From NCBI GenBank assembly GCA_037379345.1, contig CM074515.1, positions 22,320,001 to 22,384,000 on the forward strand: a DNA stretch of 64,000 bases, read 5' to 3'. The notes below the pieces were generated by a model that ran no database searches, had not been told where the DNA came from, and saw nothing but the letters and a program-made list of their open reading frames with translations. Shown in pieces: positions 42,680 to 54,124 of this stretch. Position 1 is the first letter of the stretch. Each line of letters begins with the position of its first letter. The DNA comes from Perna viridis (taxonomy: Eukaryota). Both the position numbers and the translations under genes were made by a program.

Positions 42680-42915
42680 ATTTTTTTTTTTTTATTTTTT
42701 AAGGGGTAATAAATTCGGCCACGCCTTAAAATCAAGTTTTTCACTTTTAGGTCCGATTTATATATATATTTCCCATAAGAAAATCCTGTCCACGTTTTTA
42801 AATCCATTCTGATATTCTCAAGTGGATACCTGATGAAAACTCCTGCCTGCATTTACTTTACGATCAAATTTCAAATATCTCTTAAGGTTACCGAGTTAGG
42901 GGCAAAACGGACAAC

Positions 42916-42981
42916 CCCCCCCCCCCAAAAAAAAAAAAAAATAAAATAAAATAAAATAAAATAAAATAAAATAAAATAAAT
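42916..42981. repeat. Poly-C, poly-A, then (TAAAA)n microsatellite
   Basis: Directly visible. Confidence 0.9.
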
Positions 42982-44699
42982 AATATATAAATAATAACTT
43001 TTTTTAATTTTTACTTCATGGAATAATTGGTAGGTATAATTTTAATTGGATTGCATAAAAAATCAAAGTTTGAAGTCTTCCAAGTCGCTAATCGTCAAGT
43101 ATTCACTGTCACTGATTTTGGCTTACTTTCAACATCCGAAATGGTATGAATGCGATATGCTCTAAAATCGGGTGACTTCCACGAAAATCTTGTTTCCCTT
43201 GATATGATTGCGTACACTTTTGTAACCGTGATGACCCAAATGTTTTCAATCATCCGGAACGAGATTAAGTAACTGGCAATGGCTATATAAAGACATCGGG
43301 TCCTGATAATATATGACATTTGCGTAGTAATTGTAACGGACGCCTGTGTTTGAATCGGAAACTGGATAATATTACACAAATTCAATGCTAACCGATCATT
43401 TGCTCTTTTAATGTAAACTTCCCGTTCTAATACAAGCACCCCATCCCCCCCACCAAAAACAAAAAAGAAACAAAAATACACGCATAGATATGTGTATGAT
43501 AGGTACGTTGTAGCGATCTTTGGGTCACTTATAATAATGATCAGGGATTCAGTTTAGGAACCAGATTAAGCAACTGAAAATGAATATTCATAAATACCGG
43601 GGCGTGCTCATGCGCGGATCCGAGGACTGGCGTGCCGGGCGTACGCCCCCCTCCTAAATCGGTAAAAAAATATTCACCCATAATAATTTTGCCTTGCTTT
43701 GCATGGCATTTAATTCAATTAACGCCCCCCCCCCCTTTTCAACTAAAATCTGGTGCTAATGTATATGACATATTTAGTATTTTAATGAGCCCCAGTGCCT
43801 GAATCTAAAACTGGGAAAAGTTCAAAGCTAACAGATCATTTCATGTAAACTTCCCATTCTCGTACGAACAAGAAACACTCGTAGAACAAAATTGTATGAT
43901 ACTTAAGAAGTACATTTTTATCTCGTATAAATCTAAAACTATGACCCTATGGCGATAAACACATCGAAGGTCTCCAGCATCACGCGGCCATGGCGTATAA
44001 CTACGTATTTATCCAAATCATATGCGAATATGAAGTTCTAAAATTACGAGTGCAACAAGTCGGTAACAATATTACCGACTTTAAAACCTCTGATGCTTAG
44101 CTAAAAATGAAAACCCTGCAAAACTATAAATAGTCATCAATCATAGAATTGAAATATAAAGAGGAATGCTGAGAAAGAGCTGAATACAGATATTTCATGC
44201 AGACCCTGGCGGATAAAAGGGCTACGATCAAGAAACTGATAAAGACAGAGGTTTCAGGCTATTAATAATAATTTCATACCCTTCTATGCTTACGTTATCT
44301 TCCATGTATCCATTTGTTCCGATGGAGCAGTTTATCGAATAGAGTCGTCATATTCTTAGACATATATAAAAATGAGTAAATATATTTTATTATTCGAAGT
44401 TATAAAATAAAGGTCTTGTTTGAAAGGAAAGAATAAACCTTGTAACTTTTGAGAGTTTTTCAAAGGTTGAATTGTCGTTGAGTGTTTTAGAATGCTAACG
44501 CAGTCACAATGAAATTAGCAGGGAGGGTCCAGGATTTTATAATACGAGAATCAGAATAAAAGGACATGTTTAATGAATGAATATGATAAATTGCTGTATT
44601 CAATACAATTAGCAGATTACTATAGATTTTTTTGGTTTTTTTTGTTTTTTGTTGAAATGGATGATAAAAATGAACTTGAAATAATGATTAAATGAAAAA

Positions 44700-45096
44700 T
44701 GGGATGGACACACGGGTAATGGGGTCGACAAATTTTAATTGCCACTGGAAATAGGGAGAGGTGAGCAGAGTCGGACAATTTAGTCTCCTGTGGCGGAGAC
44801 CTATGGTTCCTACTCCGAGAGAATATCACAGGAGGGTTCTTTAACGTGCGAGGAAAGTGGCATCTTTCCCAAAACGTTGCACCACTAAGGTTTGCAGTCG
44901 GGTTTTTCGTATTATGGCTTGACAATCCCAGCATGTTACATGCAAGGGTTACCCCATTCCTGGGGCACACGACCCAGTTGCTCTGTGGGCAGAGCGCCCT
45001 AGCCCAGGGTTCTGAGCACTGTGTAGACGCCTTTTACGACAAGCTTAGCGCTGCTGCGGGCCTATTCTTTTGACACCTGGACCCGCACGGGCCTCC
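44700..45096 (-). mobile_element. GC-rich, highly structured SINE-like element with a non-tRNA head and a Deu/Nin-like central block
   Basis: About 400-nt GC island in AT-rich DNA with at least six short hairpins. The block GCACGTTAAAGAACCC...GGAGTAGG...CTAAATT resembles the DeuSINE domain (from memory). Degenerate CATT/AATC-like tail; no tRNA A/B boxes seen. Confidence 0.55.
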
Positions 45097-48058
45097 TGAT
45101 TAGAATCTAATGAACAAAAAAAACCTGCTGAGTGCGTGCGATAGCAATGGCCATTTCGTACATATGTGCTGTGAGGACTAATAAAAGAATGATTAAATGA
45201 GTTTTGGGAAAGAAATACCGAAATTTTCAATTTCTGGTAGTATACTAGTAACTAATTACTGTTAGACTGACTTTTTGAGTTTACAACCAATCAAACTATA
45301 TAAGTAACCACTTTTCAATTAAATATAAATTTTATTGCATTTAATAACCAATTAAGAATTTACCATTTTCATAAAGTTTCCCTTGGGTAATAACAGGTAA
45401 CTTATGTTTACTGGTAAATTTTGACATGATGTGTTTTCAGAACACACCTTCCCTCGGTATTTTCAGTATGACCTTTTTCTATGAAAATTTGCTAATTCTA
45501 TAACTCATATATTAAGATTCTTGAATAATTTATCGCTGTTATGACGTGCGTACATTAAAAAGTGTATACACAAGCTTTAAATTTTCACACCATATAGGCT
45601 GTAAAGGTACTGTTCTTTCAACTGGACACGGGCGAATAGTAGTACAAAGAGTTGAAAAATGATAGGTCTTGATGCTATCATATTCCAAAAAAAATCTTTC
45701 GAATTTTCATGATCCACATTGAATTCACCACTTCGAGAGTAACAAGTGACATAGTAAGACTGGAGACCCTCTATCTGAAGGTTGTAAGTAGTTGGGCTTC
45801 GAACGAGGTTTGTAGGTACATTTAGCAGAACCAGATATGAAGCGCAGTGTGTATGGATAATTGAGTTTTGGAATCCATTACATGGACGGAAGATCACAAC
45901 CATTGTCATTTGCACAAAGGCTATAAAAGATGATAGAACAGATTTGCAGTTGTCGACTATTTCTTCTTTAAGGAGTGTTGTTACTGCTTGTATTTTCTGC
46001 ATTCATCTCCGATTATAAATATCGGATATAATACGTTTTGTAGACAAAAACAATGTTATTTTGGGGTTTGTCTGCATATAATACAACATACTTGTTATGT
46101 ATAGTAGAAAAGGTTCGCCTATATCTGAATCATTAAAAATCTACTCATGTGAGTAGATTTTTAACATCTTACTCTGTTTCGTCCATTGTATAATCTGTTA
46201 CATATTTGACATGTGCCAAAACTACCAAAGCATGTGAAAGTTTTACTTTATTTTGCAATAATACATATGCTGTATAGTGATAGAAAAATAGGAATCTAAT
46301 CACGATAGTTTTATCAATGACTTGGATAGTTAACTATTAATTCAAAATGACTGAATGATATGCAACTAGTCAATGTCAGATTTATCTGAAAATGCAAAGA
46401 GTAATCTGGAAGATGTTTTGTCAGACATAGTAGTCTAATTCAAACTATCGACCAAAATCTGTTTGGAGATACATGGCGTTTACCATTTTTTTTAAATAAT
46501 TCTTCCTGAAAACTTACCCCAAATCTACAAGAAAAAAAAATAAAATGATAAAACAACCAGGTGAAAATCAAAATCATAGAAATGACTTGGGTTAGCATGA
46601 GCACCAAGAACTATGCAGACTATACTGTGGGGAAAAAAAAACTTCACAATAAGGTTTTCCTAACTTTGCAAATGCATGTATGAAGGATATATTTACCCCC
46701 TTTTGTTATATAAAATATTAGTTTTATAAAAAGAAACGTTCAAGATTTTAATATAACAATTTAATGCACCCGGAACATTAGGATAATTTTTCAACAGTTT
46801 GCTGGTAGGGTAACAAAAGAACACAAATCTTCGTGTTTTTTTTTAATGTTTGCACTCAGTGCACGACATTGTTTCTTTGTGATTAGGTTACTTAAACCTG
46901 ACTAATATAGGACATATTTATTTCACACTTGTCGGTACTATTATTTTGGGCACGACCGCGTGATTTGATTTCCATCTACATTTTGAACGCGGGTACAAAG
47001 AATCGGTTTACAGAATAAAAACTAAAAAATCAAGTTCTGATGTAAAAATGAACTAGTTGCAGACTCTGGAAATGATTGAATACATTATAACTGGGTCTAC
47101 ACATCTGTAAAGCTTGTTATCTTCTGCGATTCTCTCCTACACCACCGCAGGAAAATAGTTTCACTAGCATGCCCCTTTAAGGTTCAAATAGAGATATTAG
47201 TATTTAAATCCCCTTTGTAGGTATTTTAACCATATCAAGTTTATAATTTTATGTTGTTACGCCAATAGACTTTTTTACCAAACCCCAGAAACCAACATGA
47301 TGTTTCGCCCACTGTTTCGTGAATGTTGGCGGCTAAGTTGAAATCAAATGTTGCACTGATCCAGATTTTTAGTACGGCTTACCGCCTCGTGACGTCAAAT
47401 AAAACTTTGCTTGATGGCATGGGAATTTTTATTATGCAACTTACTTAGAAATGGTACTACGAGTGTAGTTTGCGGCCTGGTGATATTGCTTTTTGTTTGC
47501 CTATTTTAGTTTTATGTTATGATAATAGAGCTGTAGATGCTATAGGGGCTTAAAGGTGCATGACTGGGAAACTAGGGAAGACCAACTAGTAGTTTGTATT
47601 ACTAAATCAGCTATGCAGTATGTTGGAGAGTTTTATGTTCATTCATCTATTGGTGTTCCATGCATGCCGACAACGAACCTGAATATAATTTGATCACAAA
47701 TTGGCGCACTGCTACGATGCCATGCGAATTTTAGTGTGATTTTTTAAGATAAATTAATGTGTTTTCGTTAGAGTTCAATATCAAGAATTTATAACGATTA
47801 GCTTGTGTTTAGATGTCAGCGCCGGATCCAGACACTTTGAAAAGGGGGATGAGTGCTAGCCGATCTTCCTCTTTCATTGCTCTTAAATTTATTATATTCT
47901 TACGAGTTGTTGTGATGAAGAAGATACCAATTAAAGCCAGTTTAGGGTAGATTTTACAGCAAACTTATAAGAAGAGTTCGGAGAATAATAAAATTAATAA
48001 TTTTTAAACTGATATTTCTCTTAATATGCTGAATATGAGATTGAAGATGAATCATTTT

Positions 48059-48139
48059 CACACTCAGTTTGTAGCTTCCTTGAAAAGAAGTCGTCGCGCA
48101 CACTCAGTTTGTAGCTTCCCTGAAAAAAAAAAGTCGTCG
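48059..48139. repeat. ~40-bp tandem duplication (2 copies)
   Basis: CACACTCAGTTTGTAGCTTCC.TGAAAA...AAGTCGTCG occurs twice. Confidence 0.85.
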
Positions 48140-48328
48140 TGCAAATTGTTATTCTACAGTAAGACTTCCTTTTTCGAAACATGTGAGTTATCTGTTTCGA
48201 GAAGTACATCGCGCTGGTAACTATATATAGACAAAGTCTGCTCAATATCTTGACAAACATTCTAAAGAAAACCTTACTACTTGCAGGCATGATGACTCTG
48301 CATTTTGTACTGTATCGACGATTTTGAA

Positions 48329-49784
48329 CCCAGACAGCAAGCCTGCGTTGGGCCAACGCTGGCTGATGGTTGGATCGTTGGTTTATAGTTGGCGTTGGCA
48401 AGACAACGTTTGCCCAACGTTGGCCCGATGTAGTAGTCCGTGGCTATGAAAATATTTCTTCTTTATTTATTTTTAACCAAAATGGTTTTTACTTGACAAC
48501 CAAATGATTAAACACGACATTTTGAAATTTTAAATACTTCCATACTATAAAAAGGTTCTACGTTGGCCCTACCATATTTGAACAACCATTTCATTTTATG
48601 TTTCTCTTTAAAAACTTGTTTTAGAAGTGAATTCTGCGTGAGAGTATTGTTAAATTTTAATTTTTAAATCAAAACCATGATTACATGATTTGCAGTATTC
48701 TACATTTGTCCAGCCCAGAGCCAATAGTGAGCCAACACTGAACCAACATTGAACCAATGTCGAAACGTCTTTGTTAACAAACATGTTAAAAAAGGCTTAA
48801 TATCATTCTTGATGCAAAAATGTATGTCGGTCTCAAGAAAGTAATTATAGAAAGCAAATCCGGACGTATGAAAGCAAATATTGTATTGCATCTAAACTGC
48901 GATACTAAGTTGGGCCAACGTTGGCCTTACGTTGAAACACCAATATATATATATATTCGCGTTTAATATTTAGAACTTAATAAAAGAAAACAAATTATTA
49001 TGAATATCCAAATCTAATTTATGATAACAATAGTGTACATAATTATCTCCCCCTTATGCAGCTTCGTAACTGAGAGCATAATGCACCTTTTACAAAACAA
49101 AAGTTGTCTTTCATTTTGAACAAATGTATCGAAATTGGTCACTGTGCCTGATGGAACCTACATAGTATTTGTTTATTTATTAGTATTTAAGGCATATATG
49201 GATCACTTGCGGTGTAATTTGGAAAATTACTAGCATGGAGTACTTAAATATTTTACTAACGTTTAAACGAAGTTTATTAGATAATAAATATATTTTCAAT
49301 GTAAATTCATTCTAAACACAAAACAGTGACAGGTAGTATCATATGTCTATTCAATGCAAAAAAGTGCGAATTTTCAATATTTAGTATAATAGACTTTCTT
49401 GTTTTAATCTTGTAAACTAAAATCAACTTATCAGTGGTATATTCTTACTGAAAAGATTTTATATGACAAACTGAGGGGAAAAGTGAGTGCTTTCTCTGAA
49501 GGAGTGCACAGCTTCAGCACTATGCGACATGACCAGGAAATACATAATAAAATTATGTTCTAATATCTTAAGGAATAAAATCGTCTGACCATATGGTTGG
49601 GTTAACGTGGGGCTTATGTTGTGCCAACATTGGGGATTCGTTGGGTCAATGTTGGCATTACGTTGGGCCGACGTTGGCTTTCTTTGCACATACAACGTTG
49701 GGCCGAAATTGTGTACCCTACGTTGGTCCAACGTAAATGATTCCGTTGAACCAACGTTGGCCCAACGTAGGAATGGTGTCTGGG
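48329..49784. mobile_element. Non-autonomous CACTA/EnSpm (CMC)-type DNA element, 1456 bp
   Basis: TIRs CCCAGACAGCAAGCCTGCGTTGGGCCAACG / CCCAGACACCATTCCTACGTTGGGCCAACG, 2-bp AA duplication on both sides, clustered subterminal CCAACGTTGG repeats, no ORF. Confidence 0.8.
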
Positions 49785-50747
49785 AACATATCTACATACA
49801 CGGTAGCATAACTTGCAATCATGCGTATTCGGTTTTCACTCTCAACTCGTACTTATTATGTTACATGGAGTTGGAGTTGATTTAAACTTCCTTAATCGTA
49901 CGAAGTTTTGATTTTATTACCTAAATTTTACACGATCAAATGTAGGTTGACTTACTTACATATTTTATGCCGCAAATTGATACCACGCGAATCTTAGACG
50001 ACTGGAAAAATGAGTGTTAATAAAATCATAAAATGACGACTTCCCATATGGGTAAAGAGGCGAATTAAACAGGCCGAACGAAGCGAGTAAAGAAAATTTT
50101 GGGGGTATAATTTGAGAAAAATTTTAGGAGGCGTTCGCACGGTACGCCTTTCTTAGAATCAATGCCTGCTGCCATGCAGTTAGAAAAGGAGGAATGCGAA
50201 AATCGATTATAACTGGATTAATATATATTTTTAAAAACTTTTTATTTCTAGCAAAACTCCTGACTGGATCCGGTTGGATCTGTACAACAGAACTATCAAT
50301 AAAAATCGGGGTATTAAATTTGATTTACTCTCGTCAATTAACCTTAGACTTTGCTTTTCTTATGTTTCAAGCTAGTGATTGAATAATTGAAAAATTGCAA
50401 TAAATGATCAGCCAATACACATTTTGTGTATTTCGTCATCATATTATGGGCTTCTCATTGGAATATTTACCCACAATGCCTTTTAACCCCACCCAGCTCT
50501 ATCAAATTGACGTATGGTATGGTTGCCTTGCTATGTCGGCAGACGAGGACTACATCACTTTTATGTCTGACATAGACATTTTAGGACTTCTAGACATTTC
50601 TGAACTTATTCATTAGCAGGTTAATTCATTCATCTTTAACAATTCAGATAATCCTCTCGGATTTATCCCCGGCGTGAAGCAGGTGGGGATATATTTGTTG
50701 TGTGGTTGTCGACAAAAACGGGCAAAATTTCGTGGATACTGTACAGT

Positions 50748-50889
50748 ATGGGATGTTTTAAGCCGAAGGGAGGCACAGGAGACGACCATGAAGAAGAAAA
50801 AGCGAAAAGGCAAATTAATAAACGGATAGAGGAGGAATTAAAGAAGGAGAAGCAAGTGTATAGAGCCACTCACAGGTTGTTATTGTTAG
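50748..50889 (+). CDS. GNAS: G protein alpha-s subunit, coding exon 1: MGCFKPKGG...[13 protein letters not shown]
   Basis: MGC N-terminus, Gs-specific [11 protein letters not shown], donor G|GTATGT, phase 1. Confidence 0.97.
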
Positions 50890-50995
50890 GTATGTATCGA
50901 TGAAAGACGAATATGGTCGTTCGTGACATACCTGCTTTACCTATTTCAAAATATAGAATGGCCATATATAAAACAACTATGTTTTCTTTTCAAAG

Positions 50996-51068
50996 GTGCC
51001 GGCGAATCTGGAAAATCGACGATTGTGAAACAAATGAGGATCTTACATGTGAATGGATTCTCGTCTGA
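50996..51068 (+). CDS. GNAS: G alpha-s coding exon 2: (G)[25 protein letters not shown]-loop
   Basis: Acceptor ttttcaaAG, G1 motif GAGESGKS, donor GA|GTAAGT, 73 nt. Confidence 0.97.
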
Positions 51069-51250
51069 GTAAGTAGATTTAGTATTATTCATACCGAAAT
51101 CTTCATACATACGAATAACTGCCAGATATTATGTATGCATAAGTACTGTCAATTTTTGTTTGGTTTGGGGTTCAATGAAGGGTAAATGATTTAATAAAAT
51201 GAAATTTTAATTACAGAAGTATTTTATTTACATTTAGTTCTATATTGTAG

Positions 51251-51305
51251 TGAAAGAAAACACAAAATAGAAGATATTAAAAAGAATATCAGAGATGCAA
51301 TTTTG
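51251..51305 (+). CDS. GNAS: G alpha-s coding exon 3: ERKHKIEDIKKNIRDAIL
   Basis: Acceptor ttgtAG, donor TTG|GTGAGT, 55 nt, phase 2 to 0. Matches the start of the Gs helical domain. Confidence 0.95.
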
Positions 51306-51765
51306 GTGAGTAGTGTACATATTAACTATATTTTACTTGACCCTCAAAGTTTTCCAAGATGGCCACAAGAAATGTACCCAATACACAAATACATGTACCT
51401 TATTTTTGTCTGAAGAATCTTGTTTGTCACCTGTATTTTGAAATAGACAATCAGTTGACAATGTAATTCACACTCTTACAAAACCCAAGTGCTATTCATT
51501 ACAACAAAATGTACATTGTGTGAATAGACATAAATAATGTTTACTCTCAAATTACTTAGTTGAAGGAATGTGACATTGTGTAATATTCTTATGACTTTCC
51601 ATGATGAGAATGAGGGAGTATGTAAAGTTTTTTTCTTGAATTGACATTGGTATTGAGGGAAGTAGGCAGATCAACTCGAGAACTTTAAAAAATGGGTCTT
51701 TAAAAATATGTAATGAAAATTATTTTTGTCTTACTTATATAAAATGTCTTACTTAATTAAAATGA

Positions 51766-51825
51766 TATCGCCTGAATATAGCTGAAATATTGCTGCTCGG
51801 GCGTTAAACCCAATAATCAATCAAA
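51766..51825 (+). mobile_element. SINE 3' tail fragment
   Basis: TCGCCTGAATATAGCTGAAATATTGCTGC..GGCGTTAAACCC followed by (AATC)n; near-identical inverted copy at 59920-59978. Confidence 0.65.
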
Positions 51826-52148
51826 TAGACAAACTTAATGATGTTTTGGGGCCAGCTGCAGCCTGCTCTTTGTGAGGGTTTCCGCTTTGTTCGGTGAAGA
51901 CCAATGAGTGGCCTTGGGCTGACATTTTCATCCAGGTGGGGTTGTTGTCTCTTTGACATGTTCACTATACCTAATCTTGTTATATTAATTTTCGTATAAA
52001 TCTTAAGATTTGTGACTTAAATTAATGTCGCACATCAAGTACATATATAATACATGTATGTGTAAAAAAAAAAAAACTGCACATATAGTTAATATTTCTG
52101 AAATTTCATATGCTTTAAGGTCCGTTACCGGTACTATTGACTATTTCA

Positions 52149-52348
52149 GAAGGTAGACCTTAGGTAAGGGACACAACTCTTACTGATTACCGGAACATTT
52201 GTATTCAGCATTTTATATCAATCTCGTCTAATCATCAAAGTAACTTGGACTAATTTCACTCTGTTTCAAATGATAGAGTGATTGGCTTTGGTGAAATTGA
52301 ATATGATACAAGTGTATCACTGATTTCCTTTACCGTAGGTCTACCTCC
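52149..52348 (-). mobile_element. Family A MITE (G alpha-s intron 3)
   Basis: GAAGGTAGACCT...AGGTCTACCTCC|TTAA with the conserved core. Confidence 0.8.
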
Positions 52349-53138
52349 TTAAGGAAACTTGTATATTTTTATTTTTCACTTTCTGAAGTGTTGATAAATC
52401 TATTTTTTAAATCATTATTAATGTGTTAAAAAATAGTGAATTCAATTTTGTTTCTTTGAAATATGTTTGTTTCTTGGTTCAGAATTTTTCTTGCTAAAGT
52501 ATATTGATGTATAAATAAAACAGGCGTGTGTGTGTTTTGTGGGGAGGGGTCATATATACAGTGTGTGAAACCTGAATATTTTTAGCGTTACCTGTCCAGT
52601 CTTAAGTAACCAAGTTGACATAAGGACCTGCTCTAGATTATATCTGTCAAGTTGTAATGGTCTAAGGTCAACTCTGGTAATAATGGTTGGCAATATCTTA
52701 TTTCCTATTTACACAAACTGCTATCCAAATTTAATTTCAAGGGAGGAAAGGCTTGGATTTTTACAAGTTAAGACTTTTGTAATGGTAGATTTTGAAAAGA
52801 GAAAAAATCACTTGGTTGCTATTCAGAATAAATTGAATTTGTTTTTGTTTTGAAATTTTAGGACTGACTCTGAAAGTATCATATTTGTGCCATCATAAGT
52901 GGTGATGTAACTGTACCTATTAGAATAGGTTGACAAGTTTTTAAGAATTGATGAGTGGGGTAGTTTCATTTTAACATGTAGGCATTTTATAAGGGAACAC
53001 TTCATTAACAGTAGATGCACATATATTCACTGTATGTACATGAACATGAGACAATTACATAAAATTTGGAGAAATTTTTGTAAATGTCTTCAGGACAAGA
53101 ATTTTCCACAATGGTGACTGTGGGTTTTTACAGTCTTG

Positions 53139-53373
53139 ACTATCCTTGTGGATCTGGTATGGACCTCCTCTACTGGGGAGTGTGTTAGTACATGTTGATG
53201 TGTTAGCTGGTGTTGGTGGTGAATCCCTTGGTATATCTAACCAAAGAACTTGTTTAGAGCATGTCCAACAAGCAACTGCTATGTTGACGCTAAGGCCTAT
53301 TGTCATACCTCACATTCTAAGATTCTCATTTCCAGTCACCTGGGAGAGGCAGTGAAATTTGATTAGGGATAGT
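53139..53373. mobile_element. Possible short GC-richer interspersed element
   Basis: Compositional island bounded by ACTATCCTT / AGGGATAGT inverted ends; only one copy here. Confidence 0.3.
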
Positions 53374-54124
53374 TATTAAATATGTGTGTGTTCTTTTCTT
53401 CCATTGACAAGTAGAAAACCTTTAAGGATTTTTAAAGATTTGAAATGAGACAATGATTTTGTATTTGGAGTTTTTCTTGAAAAATCTGAATTTTTAAAAA
53501 TTTTAGAACACTTGAAGGACTTGATATGATTGAAGATAAGTGTGCATATATGACAACGATTGAATCAGTACTTTCCCTTAGCCTGTTTTATACATGTATT
53601 CTTACATAGGTTATCAGAACTACAAGACACTAGGCATTCCATTGTTGGTTATATTCTGTACCTGTGTAAAATGGGGGGGGGTCACTTTGGTTAAAATTTG
53701 GTACAGGGGTGCAGTTGCAGCTAGAAACACACCCATTCTTATATTTATCTGGGAGAAGATCAGTCCCATTCATATATTTTTCTGTGCTAAATACATACCC
53801 ATTCATATATTCTACCATTGTGTACCTAACATTTTTTTGAATAGAGAGAACATAAATAAAAATTTAATTTCTGATAACTTTCTGTTTGACTATGAATGAA
53901 TTTGATTATGGAGATGATTCATATTTGTGTGCATGTGTGCTTGGTCCTGCTGCTTTTGAAAAGGGCAAGGTGATCCAGTTAAAAATAAAAAGAGGCACAT
54001 TCTGTAAGCATCAACATCATATTAGGGAAAATTGGCAGAAAGGGCAGGGCATTTGTAAAACCTATCAGAAAGGGCAGGGTGCTTGCTTAACCAAAACTCC
54101 TGGTTGTAGGGAACACAGGTGTAA

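Noticed and set aside
44348-44350. In-frame TGA as selenocysteine
   Set aside because: No SECIS-like element recognised and no redox motif context; the gene model itself is uncertain.
44700-45096. Telomerase RNA, 7SK, RNase P/MRP, or a known small ribozyme
   Set aside because: No CTAACCCTAA template, no 7SK GATC repeats, no recognisable P4 consensus. TTCCTCGC lacks an HDV P3/P1 frame, and the pistol-like linker lacks the intervening P2.
50700-50747. N-terminal extension of G alpha-s (XL-alpha-s-like)
   Set aside because: Upstream in-frame start is GTG and only 16 codons long; the MGC start at 50748 is the expected lipidated N-terminus.
51840-51980. GC-richer stretch as an extra G alpha-s exon or ncRNA
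   Set aside because: No frame-compatible splice sites or G-alpha similarity; resembles a decayed bivalve interspersed repeat.
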